The notes: a model not told the origin generated them from the sequence alone. DNA of 64,000 bases from Promethearchaeota archaeon (GCA_016839555.1 JAEOUA010000012.1:64001-128000), one strand, 5' to 3'. Shown: positions 30,498 through 41,601, numbered from the stretch's first letter. A program made the numbers and translations.

Positions 30498-31268
30498 ATG
30501 GTGTTATTAATTCAAGATGAATATCCCGAAAAATTATGGCGTGAAGATGGAATGCGTCTAGATGGTCGAGGACCATATGATTTGCGTCCTATAAAAATGG
30601 AAGTTGATGTTATTAAAAATGCGGACGGAAGCGCATATATAGAATGGGGGAATAATAAGATATTTGCCAGTGTTTATGGTCCAAGAGAGGTTCACCCTCA
30701 TCATTTGGCTAAACCAGACAGAGGGATTTTGAGAACATTCTATCGTATGGCTACCTACTCTGTTTTTGAAAGAAAAAGACCCGCACCGGGTAGAAGAGAG
30801 AAAGAAATCTCAATGATTATCTCTGATTGTTTGGAACCCGTTCTTTTTCTTGAATTATATCCAGGTACAAGTTTTGAAATCTTCATTGAAGTGGTGGATG
30901 CTGATGGAGGAACACGTTGCGCAAGCACGACCGTAGCAGCCTTAGCTTTAGCTGATGCTGGTGTTCCGATGAGAAGTTTAGTCACTTCTTGTGCCGTTGG
31001 AAAAATTGAAGGAAAATTGGTGACTGATTTATCAGGGGTTGAAGATAAAGCTGGTGAAGCAGATTTACCAGTTGCCATCACATGGTTTAATGATGAATTA
31101 TCACTATTACAATTTGACGGGCAAATTTCTCAACCAGAATTAGAAGAATGTTTAGATATGGCGAAAGATGCCCTGGAAAAGATTTATAACATGCAATTGG
31201 ATGCACTTAAGCGAAAATATATTAAAATACAAGAGGAAGTTGAAGAAATGGGAGGTGGAAGTGTCTAA
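30498..31268 (+). CDS. rrp41: Exosome core subunit Rrp41
   Basis: RLDGR...LRPI, ADGSAYIEWG, YGPRE and ADGGTR motifs. Confidence 0.97.
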   Translation: MVLLIQDEYPEKLWREDGMRLDGRGPYDLRPIKMEVDVIKNADGSAYIEWGNNKIFASVYGPREVHPHHLAKPDRGILRTFYRMATYSVFERKRPAPGRREKEISMIISDCLEPVLFLELYPGTSFEIFIEVVDADGGTRCASTTVAALALADAGVPMRSLVTSCAVGKIEGKLVTDLSGVEDKAGEADLPVAITWFNDELSLLQFDGQISQPELEECLDMAKDALEKIYNMQLDALKRKYIKIQEEVEEMGGGSV

Positions 31269-32095
31269 TGATGGATATAAAACGCGTCATATCTACAATA
31301 GAAAAAAGTTACATTGAAGATAATTTGAAAAAGGAAAAAAGAATTGACGGGAGAGGATTATGGGAATACAGAGACTTCAATATAACAACTGACACAATAG
31401 CGGCAGCGGAAGGCTCTTCTGATGTATCTTTAGGAGATACCAGAATTCTCACAGGCATCAAATATGATATTGGAGAACCTTATCCTGATATGCCTGATGA
31501 GGGAGTATGTAGCATAATGGCAGAATTATTACCTTTAGCATCTCCGTTATTTGAACGAGGACCCCCAGATCAGCAATCAATAGAATTAGCAAGAGTAGTT
31601 GACAGAGGTATCCGACATGCTAATTGTATCCAAACCAAACGATTATGTATAAAAGAAAATGAAGCCGTGTATATCGTCTTTGTTGATATGTATGTCATAA
31701 ATCACGGTGGAAATATGATTGACTGTGGTGGGGTTGGATGTTTAGCAGCGCTAATTTCAGCTCATATTCCCGAAGGAAAATGGACTGAAAATGGACCAGA
31801 ATGGACGGGAGGCTATATAACAGGAAAGGATATTATAAGTGATTTACCTCTTCCTATTACGTTCGGAAAAATAGGGGATAATGTTTTTCTTGATCCTTGT
31901 CTTCCCGAACAATTAGTTAGTGAAGGAAGAGTAACCATCTCAGTTACGGAAAATAATGTAGCGAGCATTCAAAAGAGTGGAGTTGCAACATTCACTCCAG
32001 AAGAAATTAAAATGCTCAGTAAAAAAGCATTCGATATTGCGAAAGATCTTCGAAGTCAATTAAATCTTTGGCAATATGCTACTAAAATTGAATAA
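31268..32095 (+). CDS. rrp42: Exosome core subunit Rrp42
   Basis: RIDGR...YR, AEGS, PLASPLFERGPP and ELARVVDRGIR motifs. Confidence 0.96.
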   Translation: MMDIKRVISTIEKSYIEDNLKKEKRIDGRGLWEYRDFNITTDTIAAAEGSSDVSLGDTRILTGIKYDIGEPYPDMPDEGVCSIMAELLPLASPLFERGPPDQQSIELARVVDRGIRHANCIQTKRLCIKENEAVYIVFVDMYVINHGGNMIDCGGVGCLAALISAHIPEGKWTENGPEWTGGYITGKDIISDLPLPITFGKIGDNVFLDPCLPEQLVSEGRVTISVTENNVASIQKSGVATFTPEEIKMLSKKAFDIAKDLRSQLNLWQYATKIE

Positions 32096-32177
32096 TTTTT
32101 TTTTGATTATTATTTTGTTTTATTAATCTATTAATTCTTCATTTTATTGGAATTAATTAGAAAAAATTATATTCTTT

Positions 32178-33140
32178 TCATTTTTTTCGTAATGTTTCGA
32201 AAGTTCCATATCCCCCTGAAAGATCATTAAGTTGAAATGATCCTATTGATTGAATCAAAATAGATTCATCACCCTCCTTTGTTTTAAAGGGAACAGGGAT
32301 GATAGGGCCTGTTTGTGCTTTTAAGATATATTTTTCATTATTGAAGTCAATTAATTCCAACTCTGAACTTATTGGCATAATATTGTCTTTTCTGAACTGC
32401 TGATCGAGAATCTTAATCGTTTTTAAAGGGATATTTTGTCCATTTTTGAAAATAAATCCTCCCGTAGACAGCCTTCCGTCATCAGATATTATCGCAGCAG
32501 GATTAACCGCTAAATTTTCATTAAACCATATTACATAATATAACCAATTTCCCACTCCTGTCCAATCCCTTACACCATACGTATGATCCCTTTGTCCTAT
32601 AATATCCTTGAAAGTATAACTTTTTTCTCCGATTTTTAAAATTCCAGAAATCTTCGCTATTTGCTCCCAATGTTTATCGCCTGCCTTTTTTCCTAGTTCT
32701 AAAGATTCTTTTGACATATATTCACTATATTCGTATACCTCATTAATTGGATTAAAAGTTAAATCCATCTCAACTTTTTTTACTCCCTCAATTAATTGAG
32801 GATTCTGACGGACATCCGGTAAATCTCCGGGATTTTTTACAATGATTAAATTTCCCTGGAACTTGTAATTCCATGTGCCGTTGTTATTCCATTGATGAGT
32901 CATTCCAGCAACCGTTAGAGCTTCATTAAACTCTTTGATTTTTTTCTCTTGAAAATACCCTCCCGCAGAACCGTCAGGAAGAAACAGAAATAAAAAAGTC
33001 ATACCCTCTTGCTTATTTGGCTTGAATCCTAAACGAGAAACACCGCCTATTTTCTTATCCTTTGAATAAAATGCCAAATAATAAGATTCATTCCATTCTG
33101 GATGGTCATTAATCTGTTCGGGATGTATAATTTTTTCCAT
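32178..33140 (-). CDS. Beta-barrel protein, tocopherol-cyclase/AttH-like (tentative)
   Basis: WNESYY near the N-terminus; HWEQ...G and GQRDHTYGVRDW motifs. Confidence 0.55.
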   Translation of the reverse strand: MEKIIHPEQINDHPEWNESYYLAFYSKDKKIGGVSRLGFKPNKQEGMTFLFLFLPDGSAGGYFQEKKIKEFNEALTVAGMTHQWNNNGTWNYKFQGNLIIVKNPGDLPDVRQNPQLIEGVKKVEMDLTFNPINEVYEYSEYMSKESLELGKKAGDKHWEQIAKISGILKIGEKSYTFKDIIGQRDHTYGVRDWTGVGNWLYYVIWFNENLAVNPAAIISDDGRLSTGGFIFKNGQNIPLKTIKILDQQFRKDNIMPISSELELIDFNNEKYILKAQTGPIIPVPFKTKEGDESILIQSIGSFQLNDLSGGYGTFETLRKK

Positions 33141-33250
33141 AACAAAATCTCCATATTATCTCATAGAGGTAAGAACTATTCAATAATTTATATATTCAAA
33201 TGATGAGATCTTATTAAATCAATTTAATTAGGAAAAGTAAAAATAAAGAC

Positions 33251-35947
33251 TCATTTTATTCTAATCTGACCATCATATCCATTAATTTGGACCATTTGAC
33301 CGGTTTTGAATAATCTGCAAGCATTCGGAATGTTGGTCACCGCGGGGATTCCGTATTCGCGAGAAACAACCGCCCCATGCGATAAAATTCCTCCCGTCTC
33401 TGTAATTAATCCCCCTATTTTACTGAAAACGGTAGTCCATCCCGGATCTGTTCTCGGTACTACTAAAATCTCGTTTACCTGAACTTTTGGAATATCTTCG
33501 ATCTTTTGCAAGACGCGAATAAGACCTGTGACCAATCCTTGACTTGCCGCTATCCCTTGAAATACTTTACTACTTTCTTTGAAGTCTAGAGTATCATTAT
33601 ACTCCCTGTCACCAATTATAAATTTGGGAGGTAATTTGTTTTCATATTCAAAAAATTCTTTTTTTCTCTCGTTTATCATTGGTTTATATTTGTTAATTTG
33701 GGGGGAAGATATACCCTTTTCTATAATCTCCCTAATTTCCCTTTTTCGCAAAAAGAAAATATCAATGGGGTCATCAAGAAGATCTTTTTGCTGAAAAATC
33801 TCCCCAATATCCATAAACACCTTTCTATTGCGAGCGATCCATTTATCCAGATTATATCTCTGATTTTCCCGAAAGATAATATATCTTCTGCTAAAATTTA
33901 ATATAATAGATAAGATTTTCCATTTTAGATACCCCAAAAACTGAGACCTGATTTTTTTTTCCACTCGTCTTTCAATCAATTTTTTGAATTTTTCATTTTT
34001 TGCCTTTATTTTGTTTAATTTCTCTTCCTCCTCCGTTAGGAGGGATTGGATAATATCAAATACATATTCAGGAGCATCAGACCAGCGTGGATAATATGAC
34101 TCTCTCGTAAATCCCCTATCGCCTTGCTCTTTAATAAATTTATTAAATCGTTCCAGAAAGAGATTGATTTCTGGCTCCCGCTCTTCTAATAATCGCTGAT
34201 AAAGGTTTTTAGAATCTGTATTGAGAATAATAGATTTTAATTTTTCATCCTTTTGAGCGCTTATGGCAAGTTTATGTAATTGTTCATTTGTTTCGGTAAG
34301 TTTGTGATTTAATCCAGAGATTAAAATAGGGTAATATTTTACTGCATCTTCCTTTCCAATGAATCTTTTAAGGAGATATTGGACCATCAAATTCATACCG
34401 ATATTGTGGACAGGGATTCCATATCGAACTAATTTAAAATGATCTACCATTTTCTCATCTAAAGAGTTGGCTAATTCAAAAAGACTCTTGGCATCTCCCT
34501 TCTTATCTAACTTTTTCAACTCAGCATCAAAGAAGTCGCAAAATGGATTAAATTCTTCCTTGGTCCACTTTTCATACACCTTGTCGGTTTTCGTCATAGA
34601 TCCATTAGGATCGAAGATCCTGACCCGTAATTCTGCCACAATTCGATTTATTAAATGAAATGGTAAATCTTTTATGGTTTTTTTTCCAAATGGTCCTGCG
34701 CCTTTAGGAAAATAATTCAACACATCTTCATTACGCACAAATGTTGGAATTTCATTTTCTACCTTACGTTTTAAGACATTTAAATTAAAATATACATGTC
34801 CGTTATGGAGCTTTAGTAAGTTCGCCTGCATTTCTTTATAGCCCATTATTGAATTAAGGTGAATATTTACCACTTTCGTGAGCTGATCGCCAAGCAGATC
34901 GAAGAATAATGGGGTGACATTGTCATTCCAATAATCATCAGAATAGCCGCGCGAGAAAAGAATATCTTCTTCTTTCTTAAAAGAAGTTATTGGCCGTGAT
35001 TGTAATATAACAATTTGATTGGATTCTTCAATAGCCCATTCTATATCTTGTGGGGATTTGAAAGCCTGTTCAATATTAGCTCCTACTTCAGCAAGGTTTA
35101 ATATATCAGTATCCGTTAAAGAGGGTTCCGACCACTCATCTTCGGATAATCGAACCTTTTGTGTTCCACATTCATTCTCTACATCAGTGGGTTGGATAAT
35201 ATATTGTTTTCTCCCAATTTTTTTATTTAAAATCTCAAAAGAAGGGGTTTTTTTCTGCGTTTGTTTTAAAGTGAATTGATCTGGAGAACTAATTCCTCCC
35301 ACTACAGATTCACCCAACCCAAAATTAGATTCAATAAGCATTTCTGAGATTTCTGCTGAAAGCGGATTTTTGGTGAATAGAACGCCAGCAGCTTTAGCAG
35401 GAACCATTTTTTGGATAATAACCGCAATTTGAGCATTTTCATATGGGATATTATTTTTTAGTCTATATGCTATTGCTCTAGTTGTCCAGAGTGATGCATA
35501 GCATTCTTTAATATGATATATGATATCTTCAATACTTTTTAAATTCAGATAGGAATCATATTGTCCCGCAAAAGACGCAGATTCCAAATCTTCTGCGTTT
35601 GCTGAAGATCTCACGACATAACTATCGCAGGATAATGATTTATATACATTTTCAATTTCTGCCAATATTTCTCGAGGAATATCACCATTTTTAATGGCGG
35701 TTTGGATTTTTGCTGTAAATTTTTCAAGATTTTGATATTCAGAATCTTTAATCTCATATAAGGTGGTTTTAATAATATCATCGAGATCATTTTCCTTTAT
35801 AAATTTAGTATAGGCGTCTGTTGTAATACAAAAACCTTCAGGTACATTAAACTTATGTTTTATTAATTTTGCTAAATTGAAACCTTTTCCGCCTACTTTT
35901 CCACCTATTTGTTCATTAACACTATTTAAATTGATTGCGAAACCCAT
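33251..35947 (-). CDS. PEP-synthase/rifampicin-phosphotransferase-like dikinase
   Basis: N-terminal ATP-grasp (GGKG.NL, VRSSA..ED...ASFAGQY, DIEW, LQSRPIT), large helical middle domain, C-terminal swivel His domain (TDPGWT, LSHGAVVSREYGIP); no PEP-binding TIM barrel. Confidence 0.85.
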   Translation of the reverse strand: MGFAINLNSVNEQIGGKVGGKGFNLAKLIKHKFNVPEGFCITTDAYTKFIKENDLDDIIKTTLYEIKDSEYQNLEKFTAKIQTAIKNGDIPREILAEIENVYKSLSCDSYVVRSSANAEDLESASFAGQYDSYLNLKSIEDIIYHIKECYASLWTTRAIAYRLKNNIPYENAQIAVIIQKMVPAKAAGVLFTKNPLSAEISEMLIESNFGLGESVVGGISSPDQFTLKQTQKKTPSFEILNKKIGRKQYIIQPTDVENECGTQKVRLSEDEWSEPSLTDTDILNLAEVGANIEQAFKSPQDIEWAIEESNQIVILQSRPITSFKKEEDILFSRGYSDDYWNDNVTPLFFDLLGDQLTKVVNIHLNSIMGYKEMQANLLKLHNGHVYFNLNVLKRKVENEIPTFVRNEDVLNYFPKGAGPFGKKTIKDLPFHLINRIVAELRVRIFDPNGSMTKTDKVYEKWTKEEFNPFCDFFDAELKKLDKKGDAKSLFELANSLDEKMVDHFKLVRYGIPVHNIGMNLMVQYLLKRFIGKEDAVKYYPILISGLNHKLTETNEQLHKLAISAQKDEKLKSIILNTDSKNLYQRLLEEREPEINLFLERFNKFIKEQGDRGFTRESYYPRWSDAPEYVFDIIQSLLTEEEEKLNKIKAKNEKFKKLIERRVEKKIRSQFLGYLKWKILSIILNFSRRYIIFRENQRYNLDKWIARNRKVFMDIGEIFQQKDLLDDPIDIFFLRKREIREIIEKGISSPQINKYKPMINERKKEFFEYENKLPPKFIIGDREYNDTLDFKESSKVFQGIAASQGLVTGLIRVLQKIEDIPKVQVNEILVVPRTDPGWTTVFSKIGGLITETGGILSHGAVVSREYGIPAVTNIPNACRLFKTGQMVQINGYDGQIRIK

Positions 35948-36233
35948 GATACATCAACTAGTTTAACTTTAATATATAAATTTATGAAATATTTTTTTTT
36001 ATTCAAAATCAATTTAGAATTCTTTCCATATAAAACTTATATTTTATTTGATTAAAATCATTATTTATTTGTTCCTAGAAGTATTTATCAAAATCTTATT
36101 ATTGAAATTATTAACGATCGGAAAAATTCTCAAAAATAAAGAATAGGATTCATTAAAATTCATTAAAATTTTATTTTATCTTTTCTTTTATACAACTAAG
36201 TAATAATATTATTGAAAATAAGTGAGATTTATT

Positions 36234-36533
36234 ATGGGACACAAAACGAAAAAAGTCGACATTACGGGGCGCTATGGGGCTCGTTATGGTGCAGTAAATA
36301 GGAAAAGGGCTCGAGATGTATTAGTCAAAATGAAAAGTAAATACATCATTTGTCCACAATGTAAAACAAAAGGCTCTGTTCATAGAATCTCCACAGGAAT
36401 TTGGTATTGTAGAAAATGTAAATCAAAATTCACTGGAGGAGCATATACCACTACAACATTACGGGGTTTGGAATCATTCAGAGTTTCTAAGCGAAAACAG
36501 CGTGAGATTGAATTAATTGAAGAGGAAGAATGA
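36234..36533 (+). CDS. rpl37ae: 50S ribosomal protein eL43 (L37Ae)
   Basis: TKKV..TGRYGARYG, CPQC, GIWYCRKC and FTGGAY motifs; ATG 36234 is preferred. Confidence 0.96.
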   Translation: MGHKTKKVDITGRYGARYGAVNRKRARDVLVKMKSKYIICPQCKTKGSVHRISTGIWYCRKCKSKFTGGAYTTTTLRGLESFRVSKRKQREIELIEEEE

Positions 36534-36796
36534 ATAAATCTAATTTTTTTTCTCTCAAATCGTCAGTAGAATTTACTTTTGATGATCCTAAAATGAGAGA
36601 TTATTGCTATAACAGTTTTCTACCGGAATATGAGAAATTTACCAGTAAACGCTCAAAAATCATTATGAAAAAAGAAGGCAATAATATTCTCCATTTTATA
36701 ATTGAGAGCAAAGATATTACAGCATTTCGAGCATCAATAAATGATATTATAAGTTTCGGAAAAATAATAGAGAATGTCTCAATATTAACTAAATAG
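36530..36796 (+). CDS. pcc1: KEOPS subunit Pcc1
   Basis: RS...I.SKDITAFRASIN motif; conserved position between rpl37ae and pfdB. Confidence 0.85.
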   Translation: MNKSNFFSLKSSVEFTFDDPKMRDYCYNSFLPEYEKFTSKRSKIIMKKEGNNILHFIIESKDITAFRASINDIISFGKIIENVSILTK

Positions 36797-36808
36797 TGTT
36801 CTTATAGG

Positions 36809-36840
36809 CTTTAGAGCCTTTTTTTGGAAGAAGCTCTAAA
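36809..36840. terminator. Inverted repeat between pcc1 and pfdB
   Basis: TTTAGAGC...GCTCTAAA arms around a T-tract. Confidence 0.35.
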
Positions 36841-36930
36841 AAAAAATTAATAAAATATAGAAAAAAATATTTTATTGACTTATAAACTTTTATAATTATA
36901 AACTTTTTAACAAAGGAAAAAGGAAAAGAT

Positions 36931-37296
36931 ATGACAATTAATTTTGATAAATTGGACGATGATTTAAAGAATAAGATTCAGCAGTTTCAGCAAATACAAA
37001 CCAATCTTGAATACATTATCAATCAGAGGCTACAATTAGAGACAAGATTACGAGAAACTGAATTAGCTGTGGAAGAATTAGAAAAGACGGGATCCGATGA
37101 GATTATCTATAAATCGATCGGTGGAATTATGGTGAAAAGCGAGCGAGATAAATTGTTAGCAGAGAAAAAGAGCCAAAAGACCAGTTTAGAAATGAAAATA
37201 AAGACATTAAAAAGTAAAGAAGAAAGAGCTCGTGGACAAATCGAGAATGTGAGTAAATCAATTCAATCAGATCTCCAACAAAAGCAATCCATGTAA
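36931..37296 (+). CDS. pfdB: Prefoldin beta subunit
   Basis: Coiled coil, IYKSIGGIMVK hairpin, coiled coil. Confidence 0.93.
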   Translation: MTINFDKLDDDLKNKIQQFQQIQTNLEYIINQRLQLETRLRETELAVEELEKTGSDEIIYKSIGGIMVKSERDKLLAEKKSQKTSLEMKIKTLKSKEERARGQIENVSKSIQSDLQQKQSM

Positions 37297-37298
37297 GT

Positions 37299-38315
37299 AT
37301 GTTTCGATCAAAAATCCAATCTTATTTAAATTCTTTAAAAGGTAAAACAATTTTAATTACTACTCATGAATTAGCAGATTTAGATGGAGTTTCTTCATCA
37401 ATCGCTTTAAATTTTTTTTTAAAAAAATTAGTAAATGATATAAAAACTATTATTTATTTTTCTGGAATTTCGAAAAGAACAGAGCTTTTCTTGGAAAGAT
37501 TAAAGCAAAAATTTCCAGAATTTAATCCTATATTCGCAGAGTCATTTGAAAATAATAGTATTGATGTTTTTTTTATTTTAGATACCAATAAACTAAGTAA
37601 TGTGGATGAATTTCTGAAACTTAATCAAATCCAAAGAGAGCAACGTCATTTCTTTTTTATTGATCATCATTTTTCAGATGAAATGACCATAAATTCTAAA
37701 GAAAATATACAGGGAATTTGCTTAGATGAATATAGTTCGACTTGTGAAATTATTTTTGATCTTTTTGAAGAGTTCAAAGTATCATTTATAGATCCTATTA
37801 GATTTCTATTAATTGCTGGAATAATTACTGATTCTGGATATCTTAAATTTGCAAATAATCATACGATACAGGCGCTTGCAAAATTATTAAATGATAATAT
37901 AGAATATCAAGAACTCCGATTAATGCTCAAAACTGAGCCAGATATCTCCGAAAAAATTGCTCAAATAAAGGGCACTCAGAGAGCTGAAATGATAAAAGTC
38001 AAAAAATGGCTTATTGGTGTGTCTCAAGTAAGTAGTTTCGAGGCAAGTGCTGCAAATATATTAATTAAAATAGGATTTGATGTGGCAATGGTTATTTCAG
38101 AAAGAAAAGATGAATACAGAATTAGCGTCCGCGCTAAAAAGAGAGTTTGCCGAAAAACAGGATTACATTTAGGAAAGTTATTAGAAGAAATCTCGAGAGA
38201 TTATAATGCGAATGGAGGAGGTCATGATGGAGCAGCTTCCATTAATATAGCTAAAGAAGAGGGAACCCTTAAAGACGTCATTTTAGATAAAATTAAAGAA
38301 AATTTAAGTAAATAG
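37299..38315 (+). CDS. DHH/DHHA1 phosphoesterase (NrnA-like)
   Basis: H..AD.DG, LDT, IDHH, GIITDSG and GGGH.GAA motifs. Confidence 0.9.
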   Translation: MFRSKIQSYLNSLKGKTILITTHELADLDGVSSSIALNFFLKKLVNDIKTIIYFSGISKRTELFLERLKQKFPEFNPIFAESFENNSIDVFFILDTNKLSNVDEFLKLNQIQREQRHFFFIDHHFSDEMTINSKENIQGICLDEYSSTCEIIFDLFEEFKVSFIDPIRFLLIAGIITDSGYLKFANNHTIQALAKLLNDNIEYQELRLMLKTEPDISEKIAQIKGTQRAEMIKVKKWLIGVSQVSSFEASAANILIKIGFDVAMVISERKDEYRISVRAKKRVCRKTGLHLGKLLEEISRDYNANGGGHDGAASINIAKEEGTLKDVILDKIKENLSK

Positions 38316-38370
38316 TAATTATTAATAATTATTAATTATTCAATACAAATCAAATGGCTTTTTTTTATCT

Positions 38371-39210
38371 ATGGCATTAATAACCTTTCAAAATTTTTCT
38401 TTTCGATATAAAAGAAGCGATATTTACGCGCTTAAAAACATTAATTTAGAAATAGAAACTAATGAATTCATTCTTTTGGCCGGCGAAACGGGTTCTGGAA
38501 AAACGACTTTAATTAGATGTATGAATGGATTGATCCCCCAATTTTATTCAGGGTATTATAAAGGGAAAATATTAGTTAATGGCAACGATACTACTAAAAT
38601 TTCCATAGCAGATTTATCTACGATTGTTGGAATTGTTTTTCAAACTCCAGAAAATCAACTTATTGCTATGAACGTAGAGTATGAAATAGCCTTTGGTATG
38701 GAAAATTTGGGTGTCCCAAGGGAATTAATTAAAGAAAAACTCGAGGAAGTTATTCGTTTAACTGAAATAGAAAATATTTTAGATAGAGCACCATTCGAAA
38801 TAAGTGGAGGAGAACAGCAAAGAGTCGCTATAGCTTCTATACTCGCCTTAGAACCTGAAATTCTTATTCTTGATGAACCTACAGCAAATTTAGATCCATT
38901 TTTTGCGGGAAAAATATTAAAACTCTTAAAAAAAATTCAGATAGAAAAAAAAATTACAATCATAATAATTGAACATCGTTTAGATTTGGTACTTCCATTT
39001 GTTGATGAAATAATTTTAATGAAAGAGGGAGAAATCTTACAAAAAGATGATAAGCAAAAAGTAATCAATGGTCCTATTTTTAAAAATTTAAATATCAATA
39101 AACCTTTGATATATTCCATATTTCTTCAATTAAAAGAAAATGATTTAATTAAAGAACCAATTCCCGTAAGTATACAAGAAGCGATCAATTTAATTAAACA
39201 AAAATTATAG
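38371..39210 (+). CDS. ecfA1: ECF transporter ATPase A1
   Basis: GETGSGKT, VFQTPENQ, ISGGEQQR and LDEPT motifs. Confidence 0.9.
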   Translation: MALITFQNFSFRYKRSDIYALKNINLEIETNEFILLAGETGSGKTTLIRCMNGLIPQFYSGYYKGKILVNGNDTTKISIADLSTIVGIVFQTPENQLIAMNVEYEIAFGMENLGVPRELIKEKLEEVIRLTEIENILDRAPFEISGGEQQRVAIASILALEPEILILDEPTANLDPFFAGKILKLLKKIQIEKKITIIIIEHRLDLVLPFVDEIILMKEGEILQKDDKQKVINGPIFKNLNINKPLIYSIFLQLKENDLIKEPIPVSIQEAINLIKQKL

Positions 39211-39219
39211 GTGATTATA

Positions 39220-40062
39220 GTGTCTGAGCCATTACCTCTTATTATAATGAATAATGTAAGCTATACTTATCCTAATGGAACTCAAGCGTTAAAAAATATC
39301 AGTTTAAATGTAAATTCTGGGGAAATTGTCGGAATAATGGGAAGTAATGGAGCAGGAAAGACCACGTTAATAAGAACGCTAAATGGATTGATACAACCAC
39401 AAAAAGGATTAATATTCATAGAAAACGGAAATATAAAATCAAAAACTATAGCCGAATTATCTACTTTTGTTGGTATAGTTTTCCAAAATCCCGAACATCA
39501 ATTATTTTCGAATAGTGTTCAAGAAGAAATAAAATTTTCTCTAAAAAATATTTATCCAGAGAATAAAATTCAAGAAAAAATAGATGAAACCTTAAGCATA
39601 TTTCAATTTGAAAAATATAAAGAAAAATCTCCATTGAATTTATCAGGAGGAGAGAAAAAAAAATTAGCATTAGCATCAATAATGTGTCGCAATCCAAAAA
39701 TCTTAATTTTTGATGAACCAACACTGGGACAAGATAAAAATGAAATAAATTTTCTGATTAATTTACTTGAGGAAGAGAAAAAAAAGAAAAAGACTATAAT
39801 TATTGTCACACATAATATAGAATTTGCCTATAAGCATATCCCTCGAATAATCTTAATGGCAGAGGGCAGAATCCTTGCGGATGGTCCAACCCATAAAATC
39901 TTATCTAATAAAAAATTACTAAAAAAAGCCTCCTTAATCTTACCTCAATTAATTGAACTAAAATCAACTCTTAAAACGATAGGTTTGGATATCCCAGAGA
40001 AAATTTACACACAAGAAGCCATAACAGCATTTTTAATGGATTATTTTAAAAAAAAATACTAA
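39220..40062 (+). CDS. ecfA2: ECF transporter ATPase A2
   Basis: GSNGAGKT, FQNPEHQLF and LSGGEKK motifs; GTG 39220 follows GGTGA (alternative start 39211). Confidence 0.9.
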   Translation: MSEPLPLIIMNNVSYTYPNGTQALKNISLNVNSGEIVGIMGSNGAGKTTLIRTLNGLIQPQKGLIFIENGNIKSKTIAELSTFVGIVFQNPEHQLFSNSVQEEIKFSLKNIYPENKIQEKIDETLSIFQFEKYKEKSPLNLSGGEKKKLALASIMCRNPKILIFDEPTLGQDKNEINFLINLLEEEKKKKKTIIIVTHNIEFAYKHIPRIILMAEGRILADGPTHKILSNKKLLKKASLILPQLIELKSTLKTIGLDIPEKIYTQEAITAFLMDYFKKKY

Positions 40063-40077
40063 AAAGAAGGAAACACA

Positions 40078-40845
40078 ATGTCATTTAAATTTTTGGAAGC
40101 TTTTAGATTTTTAAAAAAAGATGCATTTTTACATAATCTTGATCCTCGGGTAAAATTATTTTTAGCCCTAATCTATACAATCTGCTCACTTTTATTTACA
40201 AATATAATCCCACTCTTATTGCTTTTTCTCACTCTTTTTCCATTAATTTTATTTGGAAGACTTTTTAGAGAATGGTTTAAAAGTATCCAAGGCTTATCCT
40301 TTCTATTTATATTAATAATCGTGCTTAATACATTTTTCTTATCATTCTCTTATGCAATAGGAATGATTATAAGAATAATAATTATGATATCATCATTCTC
40401 AATCTTTTTTCTTACAGTTGATCCCAATGAATTAACTTTATCATTAATTTCAATGAAAGTTCCCTTTGAATTTGCGTTTAGTTTTTCTCTTGCATTTCGA
40501 TTTGTGCCGACTATATCCATTGAGGCTCAAAACATTATCGATGCTCAACAGAGTAGAGGATATGAATTAAAAAAAAAAGGTATTATAACGCAAATAAAAA
40601 ATCTTTTTCCCTTATTAATCCCTCTCATTATTTGCTCTGTAAAAAGAGCTTTTAATGTGGCTGAAGCTTTGGAATCTAGAGCTTTTGGAAGTAGAAAAGA
40701 AAGAACTTACTATTTTACGATAAATTATACCTATAAAGATTGGATCATTACCTTCTATTTGTTAATTATATTAATTTTATCTATTTTAATTAAAATATAT
40801 TTTAATTTTATGCCTGATTGGTTCAGCTGGAAGTTGCCAATATAA
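40078..40845 (+). CDS. ecfT: ECF transporter transmembrane component T
   Basis: LHNLDPRVK, RFVPT, AQQSRG and ALESRAF motifs. Confidence 0.93.
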   Translation: MSFKFLEAFRFLKKDAFLHNLDPRVKLFLALIYTICSLLFTNIIPLLLLFLTLFPLILFGRLFREWFKSIQGLSFLFILIIVLNTFFLSFSYAIGMIIRIIIMISSFSIFFLTVDPNELTLSLISMKVPFEFAFSFSLAFRFVPTISIEAQNIIDAQQSRGYELKKKGIITQIKNLFPLLIPLIICSVKRAFNVAEALESRAFGSRKERTYYFTINYTYKDWIITFYLLIILILSILIKIYFNFMPDWFSWKLPI

Positions 40846-40846
40846 T

Positions 40847-41494
40847 ATGATAAAACAAAATTTCTTCTTTTCAGAGCATGACTTAAGATTCACCATTATT
40901 GCTAATACAATAGAATTAAAAGAACAAAAAACCTCACTTGATCAATTGTTTGATATTTTAGAAGGGCTTCAAAATAAATATCTTAAGGCTGTAATTCAAT
41001 TTTTTAATCCTCAATATTTAATGGATAAAAATCATCTTTTTTATGCGATATATTTTACTCTAAAAGCATTTAAATATAAAAAAAATATTTCTCAAAAACC
41101 CAGCATAGAATTCTTATTATATTTATCAGCAAATCGGCAAATTCGAAAGGCTTTTAATTCCTTTGGGATAAAAGAAAACGATTTAAATATGGGAATGTTG
41201 AATTACTGTATCGCAGCAGATGAATCCACAGCTATTAAAATCAATGAAAAATTATTAGATCAATTTAACTTTATAGAGAAAAAGAATGAATATAATGAGA
41301 AATCAAAAAAGAAATATTTTCGATTAAAATATTTCTTTAATTTATCTGATAACCAGATTGATACTAGCTTACATACGTTAGGAGTTAAAAATACATTAGA
41401 TCCAAATAAAGCAGAAAATTTGAAACTTCTTTTTCAAGCGTTATCTGATTTAATAGTCGAGAAAATGGCTTTATTAAGCTTAGAAAACTATTAG
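40847..41494 (+). CDS. cgi121: KEOPS subunit Cgi121
   Basis: HL..A......KAF...NIS....IEFLLYLSANRQIRKAF..FG and C-terminal EKMALL. Confidence 0.88.
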   Translation: MIKQNFFFSEHDLRFTIIANTIELKEQKTSLDQLFDILEGLQNKYLKAVIQFFNPQYLMDKNHLFYAIYFTLKAFKYKKNISQKPSIEFLLYLSANRQIRKAFNSFGIKENDLNMGMLNYCIAADESTAIKINEKLLDQFNFIEKKNEYNEKSKKKYFRLKYFFNLSDNQIDTSLHTLGVKNTLDPNKAENLKLLFQALSDLIVEKMALLSLENY

Positions 41495-41601
41495 AACGTA
41501 AAAAAATAATTTAGAAATTCCTAAAAAGAATCTATATTTAAATAAAAGTTTAATATTTTAAAAAAATCAAATTATAAAAAAAAATTAAATTTTGAATTTC
41601 A

